Assembly (NCBI GenBank): GCA_964396715.1
Contig: CAYNFQ010000001.1
Coordinates: forward strand, 21,037-85,036
Direction: 5' to 3'
Source of the DNA: an uncultured Gammaproteobacteria bacterium
GTDB taxonomy: Bacteria > Patescibacteriota > Microgenomatia > Daviesbacterales > UBA10151
DNA length: 64,000 nucleotides
The notes beneath the pieces are model-generated. The model made no database searches. It was not told the DNA's origin and was given only the letters and a program-made list of their open reading frames with translations. The position numbers were made by a program, and so were the translations under genes. This document shows, piece after piece, positions 9,233 to 18,998 of the stretch. The number at the start of each line of letters is the position of its first letter. Position 1 is the first letter of the stretch.

Positions 9233-10090
9233 ATGCTTAAAGCTGAAAAGTTAACTAAAGAATGGGTGGCTAATAAGTTACCTAAAAGGCCAAAAGATGC
9301 AAATAAGGGGACATTTGGCAAAGTTTTAGTAATTGCCGGGTCAGAAAATTATCCTGGAGCAGCATATTTATCCTGTGCAGCTGCATACAGAGTGGGTGGC
9401 GGACTGGTAAGCTTGGTAACTGATGAGGTTGTAAAAATCATAGTGTCCAAAAAATTACCAGAGGTGACATTTTTAGATTATGGTGAAGTGTTTGAAAAAA
9501 TAAGAGACTTTAATGTTTTACTTTTAGGCCCAGGTTTAGGGCAAAGCGAGCAAACTACCAAATTTGTGGAACAACTTTTAGAAAGAGAATTACCACCTGC
9601 TGTAATTGATGGGGATGGGTTAAACATATTATCCAAAATAGATCAGTGGTGGAAGAGATTAAATGCTAATGTCATATTAACTCCTCATCCAGGCGAGATG
9701 GCCAGATTAACTGGTAAAAGTTTAGATCAGATCCAATCTGACAGAGTGAATGTTGCCCAGACTTTTGCCAAAAAATGGAATCAGGCAGTGGTTTTAAAAG
9801 GAGCAAATACTATTATTGCCTCCCCTGGCGGGGAAGTAGGTTTAAGTCCTTTTGCAAATCCGGCACTTGCTACTGCCGGAACAGGAGATGTTTTGTCAGG
9901 AGTGATTGCAGGATTTTTAGCCCAAGGATTAAATAATTTTGATGCAGCTTGTGTGGGGGTTTATATCCATGGTTTGACAGGTGAGATATTAAAAGAAAAA
10001 ATAGGTAACGCGGGAAGTTTGGCGTCAGATTTGCTGTCGCTTCTTCCAAAAGCAATACTTACTCTACATAACCAAATAGGGGGTCAGTAA
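9233..10090 (+). CDS. nnrD: ADP-dependent NAD(P)H-hydrate dehydratase
   Basis: NKGTFG, GPGLG, IDGDGL, TPHPGE, LKG, ATAGTGDVLSG. Confidence 0.93.
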   Translation: MLKAEKLTKEWVANKLPKRPKDANKGTFGKVLVIAGSENYPGAAYLSCAAAYRVGGGLVSLVTDEVVKIIVSKKLPEVTFLDYGEVFEKIRDFNVLLLGPGLGQSEQTTKFVEQLLERELPPAVIDGDGLNILSKIDQWWKRLNANVILTPHPGEMARLTGKSLDQIQSDRVNVAQTFAKKWNQAVVLKGANTIIASPGGEVGLSPFANPALATAGTGDVLSGVIAGFLAQGLNNFDAACVGVYIHGLTGEILKEKIGNAGSLASDLLSLLPKAILTLHNQIGGQ

Positions 10091-11531
10091 TATTGGTATT
10101 TGCTCCTGAGCAGGCATCTTTCATTAACTCATGCGAGGGGATTTCTTGAGGCGTAATTACTCCGATGTGGCCAAACTTAACTTTTACCTCCGCTTTTGCA
10201 TATTCATCAGGGATTACTATGGAATAAACCGGACTGCCTCTGCCCGCAACGGCAATATGGGCGTTTTTTAAATAGAAAAAGTAGCGAAAACCCGTATTCT
10301 CCCCAAAAGAGGTAATATAATTTATGGAAAAGCAGGGGAATTTTTTAACCCTTGCATCATCAACAATAAAGTCAACAACACTTTTTTTCTCCAGATAACC
10401 CTTGTTGTAATAGTTTTGTGTTGTAAGAAAATAAAAATTTTTAAGAGGTATTAACAAAAGTAACGCCAATACCAAAATTTCTTTTTTAAATCGTCTCAAC
10501 AGATAATAAAACGCCAGAGCAATACCTGCAATAAACATTACGTTTGTATTGGTAAAATAATATTCCGAAACAGGAGCAGAAGACAGGGAAAAAAATAAAA
10601 TGGGGCCAATGATCCAGGCATAAAGGGAAACTGTTTCTTTAAAAGAGATTAATTTTGTTTTTATTAACAATATTCCCGATAATAAAAATGCTGCTGTAAA
10701 TAATAAATTGTTTGTTAAATTGAAGGAATTTGGCGCAAAAAGCAGCTGATTGATATTTTTAGTAATCATTCCCAAAACAAGCTGGATTCTATAAAATCCG
10801 GTTGGTCCGCCTTCTTGGCGGAAAGTAAAATTTTCAATTAAGCTCAAGGTTTGAATAAAGTTATGTTTGAATTCAAATAAAATTAAAGGTATGGATGTTA
10901 TAAAAAGAGAAATCAAAAATATTGATATTTGTTTAAAATTCGGAATTTTTCTGGATAAAAATATTGCGGCAGGGACTGCCAAAAGGGTGGGGATTAAGGC
11001 AATATGAATATGCCAGATAAGTCCAATTAAAATCCCCAGCAACCAAAATATGTAAAATTTTCCGCGGGAGAGCATGATAAGTGTATAAAAATACCAGACA
11101 GCCCAAAGTGATGTTGTGATGGTTGGGACAACCCAGCGGTCTGAACCAACTGAAGTCAGAAGCACTGCGTATAAGAATGCCCCTATTAAGCCCACTCCTT
11201 TTTTAAAAATTCTGGAAAAAACCCAGTAGTAACTTATTGTTGTTGTCAAACCTAGTAAAATTGCGAATAAAGCTGCCCCAATAGGATCCATGCGGGTTAT
11301 CATAAAAAAGGGGATTAATAAATAATAAAAGATGGGTCCGATATAAATTCCCGGGGCAGAAGTCAGCTGACCAATCAGTCTGGGGTGGTGATTTATTACT
11401 ATATCCTTAACAATCCAGGAATACAAATCTCCATCATGGGCAAATTCAAACCGCTCCACCACCTGATAAGTTCTGAAAAAAAATGATAAAAGAAGGATGA
11501 AACCCAAAAGTAAAATTTGAGATCGTATCAT
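10059..11531 (-). CDS. GT-C (ArnT/PMT-like) membrane glycosyltransferase
   Basis: TM1 then F.HD loop, LIG...GP..YY motif, many TM helices. Confidence 0.75.
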   Translation of the reverse strand: MIRSQILLLGFILLLSFFFRTYQVVERFEFAHDGDLYSWIVKDIVINHHPRLIGQLTSAPGIYIGPIFYYLLIPFFMITRMDPIGAALFAILLGLTTTISYYWVFSRIFKKGVGLIGAFLYAVLLTSVGSDRWVVPTITTSLWAVWYFYTLIMLSRGKFYIFWLLGILIGLIWHIHIALIPTLLAVPAAIFLSRKIPNFKQISIFLISLFITSIPLILFEFKHNFIQTLSLIENFTFRQEGGPTGFYRIQLVLGMITKNINQLLFAPNSFNLTNNLLFTAAFLLSGILLIKTKLISFKETVSLYAWIIGPILFFSLSSAPVSEYYFTNTNVMFIAGIALAFYYLLRRFKKEILVLALLLLIPLKNFYFLTTQNYYNKGYLEKKSVVDFIVDDARVKKFPCFSINYITSFGENTGFRYFFYLKNAHIAVAGRGSPVYSIVIPDEYAKAEVKVKFGHIGVITPQEIPSHELMKDACSGANTNITDPLFGYVE

Positions 11532-11553
11532 ACAGATGTTAAACTATCACACC

Positions 11554-12306
11554 ATGACAGTTCGCGCAATCAAAACAAGAAAATTCTTGCCACCCAAGGA
11601 TCATCTTTGGGATCTCCTGGATTGTATAAAATCATTAAAAGAAGATTCTGTGGTTGCCGTAACCAGTAAAGTTGTCTCAATCGGGGAAGGCAGATGTATT
11701 CCATTTGCAGATTCGACCAAAGATGAGCTGGCAATAAAAGAAGCTGATAGATATATCCCAAGAGCAAAGTCTCCTGGTGGTCATATACTGCATACAATTA
11801 AAAATAATATGCTGATTGCCTCATCCGGAGTTGATGAAAGTAATGGTGATAAATTTTTTATCCTTTGGCCGAAAGATCCGGCAAATTCAGCAAAAAAAAT
11901 ATGGCAATTTTTAAAGAATAAATTTAAGCTAAATTATTTAGGGGTTATCATTACTGACTCAAGGCTTGTACCCCTAAGACGGGGAGTTGTTGGAATTTCA
12001 ATCGGCTACTTTGGTTTTAAGCCATTAAAAGATTATAGAGGGAAAGTAGATTTATTTGGCAGAGAGTTTAAGATGGAGACATCCAATATGCCGGACAGTC
12101 TGGCAACAGTTGCTGTTTTGGAAATGGGGGAAGGTTCGGAAAGCCAACCGATTGCAATTATTGAAGATATTCCCGACATTGAATTTATTCAGAGAGAGTA
12201 TAAGCCAAAATCCCCTGATGACGGTTTTGAAATTGATGAAAAAGAAGATATGTTTTATCCATTTTTATCCTCTGTTAAATGGAGAAAAGGCGGGAGCGGA
12301 AAATAA
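11554..12306 (+). CDS. CofE-like gamma-glutamyl ligase
   Basis: TSKVVS, SGVDESN, IITDS, RRG, DYRG..DLFGR, MGEG.E motifs; start set at ATG 11554. Confidence 0.8.
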   Translation: MTVRAIKTRKFLPPKDHLWDLLDCIKSLKEDSVVAVTSKVVSIGEGRCIPFADSTKDELAIKEADRYIPRAKSPGGHILHTIKNNMLIASSGVDESNGDKFFILWPKDPANSAKKIWQFLKNKFKLNYLGVIITDSRLVPLRRGVVGISIGYFGFKPLKDYRGKVDLFGREFKMETSNMPDSLATVAVLEMGEGSESQPIAIIEDIPDIEFIQREYKPKSPDDGFEIDEKEDMFYPFLSSVKWRKGGSGK

Positions 12307-12335
12307 GGGTATAGCGTTTAGGGTATAGGGTTTAG
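12306..12335. repeat. Degenerate 7-bp tandem repeat at a convergent gene junction
   Basis: AGGGTAT AGCGTTT AGGGTAT AGGGTTT AG. Confidence 0.75.
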
Positions 12336-13244
12336 TTTTTTAAAAAAATCAATTGTTCTTTTCAATCCTTCCTCCAGACCTACTTTTGCCTCCCAACCTA
12401 ACTCTGTTTTTAATTTTTGGGCAGATGCAACTAATTCTGGTACATCTCCTTTTCTATCTCCTTTATCCTCAATTGGAACTTCATACCGGACAATTTCAAA
12501 AATCTTTTTTACAACATCGGCAACTTTGGAGCCGGTTTCAGTTCCTACATTATATATCTGAAGACCTGACTGATTCAGAGGTAAAACGTGGGCTTGAGCC
12601 AGGTCATCAATATAAATAAAATCTCTCACTTGCTCTCCTTTCCAAAAAAGTGGAATTGGTTGTTTGGTGAGCGTAGCCCTCACAAAATTCGGAATGGCGT
12701 GTGTTTCCGGAATATGTTCCTCCCCAGGGCCGTAAGGGTTAAAATAACGCAAAATAGTTACATCAAATCCGAAAAGTCTGTGGTACAAAATACAAAACTG
12801 CTCCATTGTCACTTTAGTGATGCCGTAGGGATTTTCCTGCTCTCCTAAAGGGTCATCTTCTGTGATAGGTAATTTTTTGGGAGTACCGTAAACACAGGCG
12901 CTTGAGGAAAAGATCATCTTTTTCACCCCTGTTTTTTTCATTACTTCCAAAAGTTTTACGGTTCCCAGAATATTATTTTCAGTAAACTCAACAGGTCTTT
13001 TGACAGATTCACCTACCTCTATTAAAGAGGCCATATGGATAACCGCATCATGTCCTGTTAAAATTTCCTCAAGTTTGGCTTGGGCGGAGAGATCTACCTG
13101 GTGAAAAGTTGCTCTTGGATCAACGGAGTCTTTGTTGCTATGAGAAAGATTATCAACAATGCTGACAATATGACCCTGCTCCAAAAGCATTTTGGCAACA
13201 TGAGAGCCAATAAATCCGGCACCACCAGTCAGAAGTATCTTCAT
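12318..13244 (-). CDS. galE: UDP-glucose 4-epimerase-like extended SDR
   Basis: GGAGFIG, SSACVYG, YGITK, LRYFNPYG. Confidence 0.75.
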   Translation of the reverse strand: MKILLTGGAGFIGSHVAKMLLEQGHIVSIVDNLSHSNKDSVDPRATFHQVDLSAQAKLEEILTGHDAVIHMASLIEVGESVKRPVEFTENNILGTVKLLEVMKKTGVKKMIFSSSACVYGTPKKLPITEDDPLGEQENPYGITKVTMEQFCILYHRLFGFDVTILRYFNPYGPGEEHIPETHAIPNFVRATLTKQPIPLFWKGEQVRDFIYIDDLAQAHVLPLNQSGLQIYNVGTETGSKVADVVKKIFEIVRYEVPIEDKGDRKGDVPELVASAQKLKTELGWEAKVGLEEGLKRTIDFFKKLNPIP

Positions 13245-13277
13245 TCTAAGGATTTTATTTTAGCATATAATAAAAAT

Positions 13278-14816
13278 ATGTTTGTAATAAATAGACAAAG
13301 ATTAATTATTCTGTTAACACTTTCGCTAATTTTTACATTTGGAGTTTTCTTAAGATATAAAAATATTGCAGGCTACAATATAGTATTTGATTATGACCAA
13401 ATCGAAGACCAACTTTATACCTATACTATTGCTTTGGATCGGAATTTAGCAATTATCGGACGGGCTGTTTACGGTGATCCCCACCTTCATCACGGAGTAT
13501 TTTATTATTACTATAATCTGATTCCATTCTTACTTTCCTCTGGAAACTTCTTAATCAGTGTTTATTGGAACATTTTTTTTAATGCATCAAGCGCTCTGAT
13601 TCTTTTTATTTTTGCAAAACTGATTTTTAAGAAAAGTCTGCCCGCACTTCTGGCTGCAATTATTGCCGCCTCATCCTTTGAATTTATTAAATTTTCCAAT
13701 TGGTTAACAATTGATACGGTGGCAATAATTTTGGTGCCTCTTTTTTTCCTTGGACTTTGGAATTATTACGAGCACAAAAAATGGGGCCTAATTTTATCTG
13801 CCGTAACTGGGGGACTATCCATACAGACTGATCTATCATTTTTATATCTCATACTAATTTTAATAATTTATTGGTTCGTTTTCAGACCGAAAATTCCAGA
13901 CTTAAAATTACTTCTTTTATCAGCCTTAAGCTTTTTAGTTGTAATTTCAACATTAATTCTTACAGAGATTAAACTGAATTTTGCAGGAGTAAAAACTTTA
14001 CTTAACTTTTCCAATATTTCTGAAGCAACCAGTTTATCTTATACAGAAAGATTACATTTATTCTTTGAGGATTTTTTAACAAACTTTACTAATAATTTAT
14101 TTCCACAAAAACCGGAGCTTGGTATTTTTTTGGCTGGTGCTGTTATTTTAACTCTTGCTTACTTCTTATTTTCAAATAAAACCCCAAGACAAGAAAAAAA
14201 GGGGATCTACTTCTTACTGATATACCTTTTTGCCCCGGCAACTACATTGCTCATTGGATATCATGATAAACCATGGTTTTTAATCGGGTTACCGCCGGCC
14301 ATAGCTTTAATTTCCGGATATGCTATTTCAAAATTGAATAATCTATACCTGATAATACCAATAATATTTCTGATTATTGGCAGCAACACCAATATAATTT
14401 TGCAAAGACCGAACGAAGCTTATAAATTATTTGACAATATTTACGACTCAACCTCATATCTTAAATACCAACTACAAGTTGTTGACTATACCTATTTGGC
14501 ATCAGGAGGACAACCGTTTGCCATCAATGCGGTTACCTACCCTCTTTATTACAATGGCATGTGGGCATATCTTTATTCATGGTATGGGAAGAGTCGTTAT
14601 CAATATCTACCTGGATGGCTTGGTGGGGATCAACTCCATCCTTATGACCTTCTCCCTAAAGTTAATGAGGAAAAAATCTTTTATATGATTATTAGTGAAA
14701 CTGCAAGGATACCAGATATCTATAAAAATCAGGGGAAATTTTGGGCTCTTAAGAGAGGAAAATTAATTGAGGAAAAAATCTTTACCGGCTTTACAGTATT
14801 GAAAATGGAAAAATAG
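13278..14816 (+). CDS. GT-C (ArnT/PMT-like) membrane glycosyltransferase
   Basis: Start at MFVINRQ with TATAAT 6 nt upstream; FDYDQ loop, IIG...G..YYY motif. Confidence 0.75.
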   Translation: MFVINRQRLIILLTLSLIFTFGVFLRYKNIAGYNIVFDYDQIEDQLYTYTIALDRNLAIIGRAVYGDPHLHHGVFYYYYNLIPFLLSSGNFLISVYWNIFFNASSALILFIFAKLIFKKSLPALLAAIIAASSFEFIKFSNWLTIDTVAIILVPLFFLGLWNYYEHKKWGLILSAVTGGLSIQTDLSFLYLILILIIYWFVFRPKIPDLKLLLLSALSFLVVISTLILTEIKLNFAGVKTLLNFSNISEATSLSYTERLHLFFEDFLTNFTNNLFPQKPELGIFLAGAVILTLAYFLFSNKTPRQEKKGIYFLLIYLFAPATTLLIGYHDKPWFLIGLPPAIALISGYAISKLNNLYLIIPIIFLIIGSNTNIILQRPNEAYKLFDNIYDSTSYLKYQLQVVDYTYLASGGQPFAINAVTYPLYYNGMWAYLYSWYGKSRYQYLPGWLGGDQLHPYDLLPKVNEEKIFYMIISETARIPDIYKNQGKFWALKRGKLIEEKIFTGFTVLKMEK

Positions 14817-15473
14817 ATGAGTCAATCGAGTAAGTTAAGAAACCATAAGCTATATCAGATTTGGAGTCAGGTGCCGGTGACCTACTATCAGCAGGGTGTG
14901 GAAAATAATCTTTTCCAAAAACTTTGGCATTCCCATAAAATTAATCTTGCCAAAAATATACTGAACAACCTCAATTTTAAAAATTGTCTTGATGTTGGCT
15001 GCGCCAGCGGCTTTATGATTTCAGAAATAGCTGCAACATTTCCTAAGGCAAACTATTTCGGTATTGATATTTATGATGAGGCGATTAAATATGCCAGGAA
15101 AACCTACCCCTCTATAGAATTTAAAGTTGCTTCCGCTGCAAAGCTACCTTTTAAAAATAATTACTTTGATCTGATCTTATTTTATGAAACGATTGAGCAT
15201 GTAGAAAACCCTAAGGAATGTTTAAGGGAAATTAAAAGAGTTTTAAAAAAAGATGGAATTTTGATTCTGACGATGGATTCCGGTAGTTTACTGTTTAGAC
15301 TAGTTTGGTTTATTTGGGAAAAGTCAAAAGGCAAAATTTGGAAAGGGGCTCATTTGCACCCTTTTCATCATAAAGCACTTGAGCAGATTATAGGAGATGC
15401 CGGTTTTAAAATAAGAGATAAGATATTTTCTTTTCTGGGGATGGAGGTTACCTTTGTATTAAGCAAACAATAG
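14817..15473 (+). CDS. Class I SAM-dependent methyltransferase
   Basis: LDVGCASG, LPF..FD, IEHV, RVLK. Confidence 0.88.
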   Translation: MSQSSKLRNHKLYQIWSQVPVTYYQQGVENNLFQKLWHSHKINLAKNILNNLNFKNCLDVGCASGFMISEIAATFPKANYFGIDIYDEAIKYARKTYPSIEFKVASAAKLPFKNNYFDLILFYETIEHVENPKECLREIKRVLKKDGILILTMDSGSLLFRLVWFIWEKSKGKIWKGAHLHPFHHKALEQIIGDAGFKIRDKIFSFLGMEVTFVLSKQ

Positions 15474-15528
15474 TCAGCAGAGTGTTGCAAGTTGCATTTT
15501 CCAATACGATTAGTATATCTTGATTGCG

Positions 15529-17019
15529 ATGTTCAAAATTACAATTTTACTGCTAATAATTTTATCCTTTATCTTAAGAACCCTTTTTATCCCCCAGGGG
15601 TCAGTTTCTTTTCACTACGATATGGCCAGAGATGCATTTTTGGCTTTGCAGATTTGGAACAACTTTGATTTAAAAATCATCGGGCCGCCAACATCCACCC
15701 CCGGTCTGTTTCACGGCCCTTTATATTATTATCTTTTAGCTCCCCTTTATGGTTTGGGAAAGGGTGACCCGAGAGTTGCTGCCTTTTTCTTGTCATTTTT
15801 AAATTCCTTAGCTGTTATTCCGATCATGCTGCTGGCAAAAGATTTGTTTAAAAATTTAAAACTTGTCATTTTGGCAGGAGCTCTTTTTGCCCTGTCCTTT
15901 GAGGCAACTCAATATGGCCCTTGGCTGTCAAATCCCTCACCTGCTGTTTTAACGGTTGTCTTATTTTTTTATTTTTTAAGAATTTGGCAAAAGGGTAAAT
16001 TGTCAGGTTTGTATTTTGCCGCATTAATGGCTGTTTTTTCTTTTCAATTCCAATTTTTCCTTATTTATCTTTTATTGCTGATACCCTTATTTGGATATAT
16101 TTTTAAAATCAAACTAAACCTTAGACAAATATTTATTTCATTACTGATTATTTTTTTGGGACTGGGCACATTTATTATTTCAGCTGTTAAATTTAAAACA
16201 GTACAATCCATTTTTTCGGGTTTTTTAAATATTACCACGTCTTCGCAGATTGATTTCAGGTCTCAATTTAGTGATCTTTTATTAAACTATATAGATAGAT
16301 TTACGGAAATTTTTATTTATAATTTTTTCCCGACTAATGTATTTTTAGGAGGGTTGTTGGCAATTTTAGTGCTACTCTTTTTAAGAAAGGGAAAGTTCAT
16401 ACTTTTCATTTTATTTTCAAATCTGCCAATTTTTATTTTCGGGGGACACAGCAATACTTACGTCAATGTGGGGCTTTTATCTGGTGCAATTTTAGCTGTA
16501 ATTAATTTAATAAAACTTACTGCTAAATGGAGTAAATTATTTCCCGCTATCTTAATAGGAGTAATTTTTTCTTCAAATCTGTACGCTTTCTTTAAAAATG
16601 CCCCCCTAGGACAGATTATTTTAGTAATACCTAATGATATGGTTTTAAAAAATCAAATGAAATTAATAGACTTTACTTATGAAAAGGCCGAAGGCCAGTC
16701 TTTTTCAATCAATACCCTAACACTGCCTCTTTGGACTAATACTACATGGGCCTATTTATATTCCTGGTATGGTCAGAAAAAATTTGGATATTTGCCAAAA
16801 TTTTATGGACATGATCAAATAGGGCTTTTAGGAAATAAAGTTTTGGAAAAAGTAGATAAACCCCTTGATAAAACCTTCTTTATTATAGAGCCTCATGTTG
16901 GCATCCCGGATAATATTTATCATCTGGAAATTGGATCCGAAGATAGCAAAAGTGAGTTAATTTCTGAGGAAAAATTTGGAGATTTAAGAGTTCAGGAAAG
17001 AAAGCCAATAAATGAATAA
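15529..17019 (+). CDS. GT-C (ArnT/PMT-like) membrane glycosyltransferase
   Basis: FHYDMARD, IGPPTS...HGPLYYY. Confidence 0.8.
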   Translation: MFKITILLLIILSFILRTLFIPQGSVSFHYDMARDAFLALQIWNNFDLKIIGPPTSTPGLFHGPLYYYLLAPLYGLGKGDPRVAAFFLSFLNSLAVIPIMLLAKDLFKNLKLVILAGALFALSFEATQYGPWLSNPSPAVLTVVLFFYFLRIWQKGKLSGLYFAALMAVFSFQFQFFLIYLLLLIPLFGYIFKIKLNLRQIFISLLIIFLGLGTFIISAVKFKTVQSIFSGFLNITTSSQIDFRSQFSDLLLNYIDRFTEIFIYNFFPTNVFLGGLLAILVLLFLRKGKFILFILFSNLPIFIFGGHSNTYVNVGLLSGAILAVINLIKLTAKWSKLFPAILIGVIFSSNLYAFFKNAPLGQIILVIPNDMVLKNQMKLIDFTYEKAEGQSFSINTLTLPLWTNTTWAYLYSWYGQKKFGYLPKFYGHDQIGLLGNKVLEKVDKPLDKTFFIIEPHVGIPDNIYHLEIGSEDSKSELISEEKFGDLRVQERKPINE

Positions 17020-18508
17020 ATTGATTATTCTTATTTTAATATTGGGAACTATCTATAAACTTTTAATGACTTGGCATGGAAACTTTCTTTTTAATATGGA
17101 TAACGCACGGGATATGGTAGATGTAAGGGAGATGGTGGTTTTGGGTAAGTTAAGGTTGATAGGTCCGACTTCGGCAATTGAAGGTTTGTATAATGGCCCG
17201 GCCTGGTATTACCTTTTAACAATACCCTTCATAGTTTCAGGAGGAGATCCTTATGCCTCAATTATGATGGAGATAATTTTATGGGCAATCGGGGGATTTT
17301 TTCTTTTAAAAATTATCTCCCAATGGTCAAAATGGCTGATTATACCAATAGGTTTTGTGTGGATTGCATCTGACTATATTGGTCTTACCACCCAGTATGC
17401 TTTTAACCCGAATCCCGTACCTCTTCTCAGCCCGCTTTTCATATACCTGCTTTATAAATATTTACAAACAAATAAATTGGTCTTAATCTCATCAGCCTTT
17501 TTTCTGGGCGGATTATTTTTTAATTTTGAGATGAATTTCGGGTTATTTATTCCTCCAATAATTTTTATAACTACTTTAATAACTAAAAGAAATCTTTTAA
17601 AAACTCAAAATTTCTGGCTGGGTTCCTTATTCTTTCTACTTTGTTTATTGCCACAAGTCCTGTTTGAAGTTAGACACAATTTTTTTATGACAAACGCCAT
17701 AATAAATTATCTAAGAAATATAGATGGAAGTTATAATTTGATTCTTCGCTCACAGTCTCTTTTTGAAAGTTTCTTAGGTGTATTTTCTGCAACTTTGATG
17801 AATCATAAAACTTTTACTCTGTTAATATTAATTTTTCTAATTCCCGCTACTGTTAATGCTTTTAAAAAGAAAGAGCTGTTAATAGTAGTCTCCGCAGTCT
17901 ATATTCTCCTTCCTTTTCTCTTTTACCTTTTTTTGCCGGTGAGTGTAAATGCCTGGCACTTGGGAGCAGAAGCAGCGGCTTTGGTGATTTTAATCGGTTT
18001 TTTAATTAAGACACTTTGGGATTTAAGCCTTAAAGGAAAATTAATAGCCATGATAGTTGCCATTATTTTAATTATTTATTCCCTGTCAAATATTTCTAAC
18101 TTTTTATTTAGAGACAGATTTAGGGAAAACAGTGACCCGTCTTTGTATAAAAATGAATTGGGGGCAATAGATTATGTTTACCAATATGCAAATGGACAAA
18201 ACTTTAAAGTTTATACATACCTGCCTTCAGTTTATGATTATCCATACCAATACCTTTTTTGGTGGTATGGCAATAAAAAGTACGGGTTTATTCCGGCAGA
18301 ATATGTTTATTCCCCTAATAAACCAAGATATATACCTTCCCAGGAAAAGTTTCAAGGCAAAAAAGAAAATATATCCGGCTTGGTTTTTTTAATTAAAGAA
18401 CCGGACAGAATAAAAATGAGACAGGCCTGGGAAAATGATTTTAAGGATATGGAATTTATTTCCAAAGAGTGGGTTGGTCCGCTGGAGGTGGAAATTAGAA
18501 AAGAATAA
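17012..18508 (+). CDS. GT-C (ArnT/PMT-like) membrane glycosyltransferase
   Basis: FNMDNARD, IGPTS..G.YNGPAWYY. Confidence 0.8.
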   Translation: MNKLIILILILGTIYKLLMTWHGNFLFNMDNARDMVDVREMVVLGKLRLIGPTSAIEGLYNGPAWYYLLTIPFIVSGGDPYASIMMEIILWAIGGFFLLKIISQWSKWLIIPIGFVWIASDYIGLTTQYAFNPNPVPLLSPLFIYLLYKYLQTNKLVLISSAFFLGGLFFNFEMNFGLFIPPIIFITTLITKRNLLKTQNFWLGSLFFLLCLLPQVLFEVRHNFFMTNAIINYLRNIDGSYNLILRSQSLFESFLGVFSATLMNHKTFTLLILIFLIPATVNAFKKKELLIVVSAVYILLPFLFYLFLPVSVNAWHLGAEAAALVILIGFLIKTLWDLSLKGKLIAMIVAIILIIYSLSNISNFLFRDRFRENSDPSLYKNELGAIDYVYQYANGQNFKVYTYLPSVYDYPYQYLFWWYGNKKYGFIPAEYVYSPNKPRYIPSQEKFQGKKENISGLVFLIKEPDRIKMRQAWENDFKDMEFISKEWVGPLEVEIRKE

Positions 18509-18515
18509 ATTGATA

Positions 18516-18535
18516 TAATGATTTAAATCATTAAA
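18516..18535. repeat. 18-bp perfect palindrome; 17 bp recur at 57452-57468
   Basis: TAATGATTTAAATCATTA; TGATTTAAATCATTAAA is found at both sites. Confidence 0.65.
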
Positions 18536-18998
18536 GCGAGCCATGAAGTGTAATTTTTCTGGTAGTAGTATTAACCACTTTCAGATAGATTTTAATAACC
18601 TCTTTCGGTAATAAATTTTTGATTTTATCTGCCCACTCTATTAAGACAATATTTTTGGGGTCTGACCATATTTCTTCCAGCCCCAGTTGTTTTAAGTCTT
18701 TCATATTATTTAGGCGATACAAATCAACATGAAAAAGAACCTTGTTATTATCTGGGATTTTATGCTGGCGGATTAAGACAAAAGTGGGGGAGATAATTTT
18801 TTCTTTAATCCCCAAACCCTTTGCAAATCCCTGGACAAAAGTAGTTTTTCCGGCACCCAACTCTCCTGTTAAAGCCACAATATTACCATGGTGAGCCACT
18901 CGGCCCTGAGCTCGTGGCCGAAGGGATTGTTGCATCCATTTTGCCAAACTTTCAGCTACTTTCTTTGTTTCTTTTTCCGAATTTGTTATATATTGCAT
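18531..18998 (-). CDS. tsaE: tRNA t6A biosynthesis ATPase TsaE with an in-frame insert
   Basis: GELGAGKT, SPTF, HVDLYRL, IEW. Confidence 0.95.
   Translation of the reverse strand: MQYITNSEKETKKVAESLAKWMQQSLRPRAQGRVAHHGNIVALTGELGAGKTTFVQGFAKGLGIKEKIISPTFVLIRQHKIPDNNKVLFHVDLYRLNNMKDLKQLGLEEIWSDPKNIVLIEWADKIKNLLPKEVIKIYLKVVNTTTRKITLHGSL
18885..18927. repeat. Palindromic element within tsaE (boundaries approximate)
   Basis: TCGGCC-N10-GGCCGA stem; shares CCCTGAGCT..CGAAGGG with 23533-23551. Confidence 0.75.

Noticed and set aside
9820-9836. TCCCC-TGGC-GGGGA hairpin in nnrD
   Set aside because: 5-bp stem within a normal-length conserved segment
13080-13277. N-terminal extensions in the ORF track (also 32048-32188, 32164-32376, 24432-24497)
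   Set aside because: They overlap divergent genes; downstream starts with -10 boxes fit better
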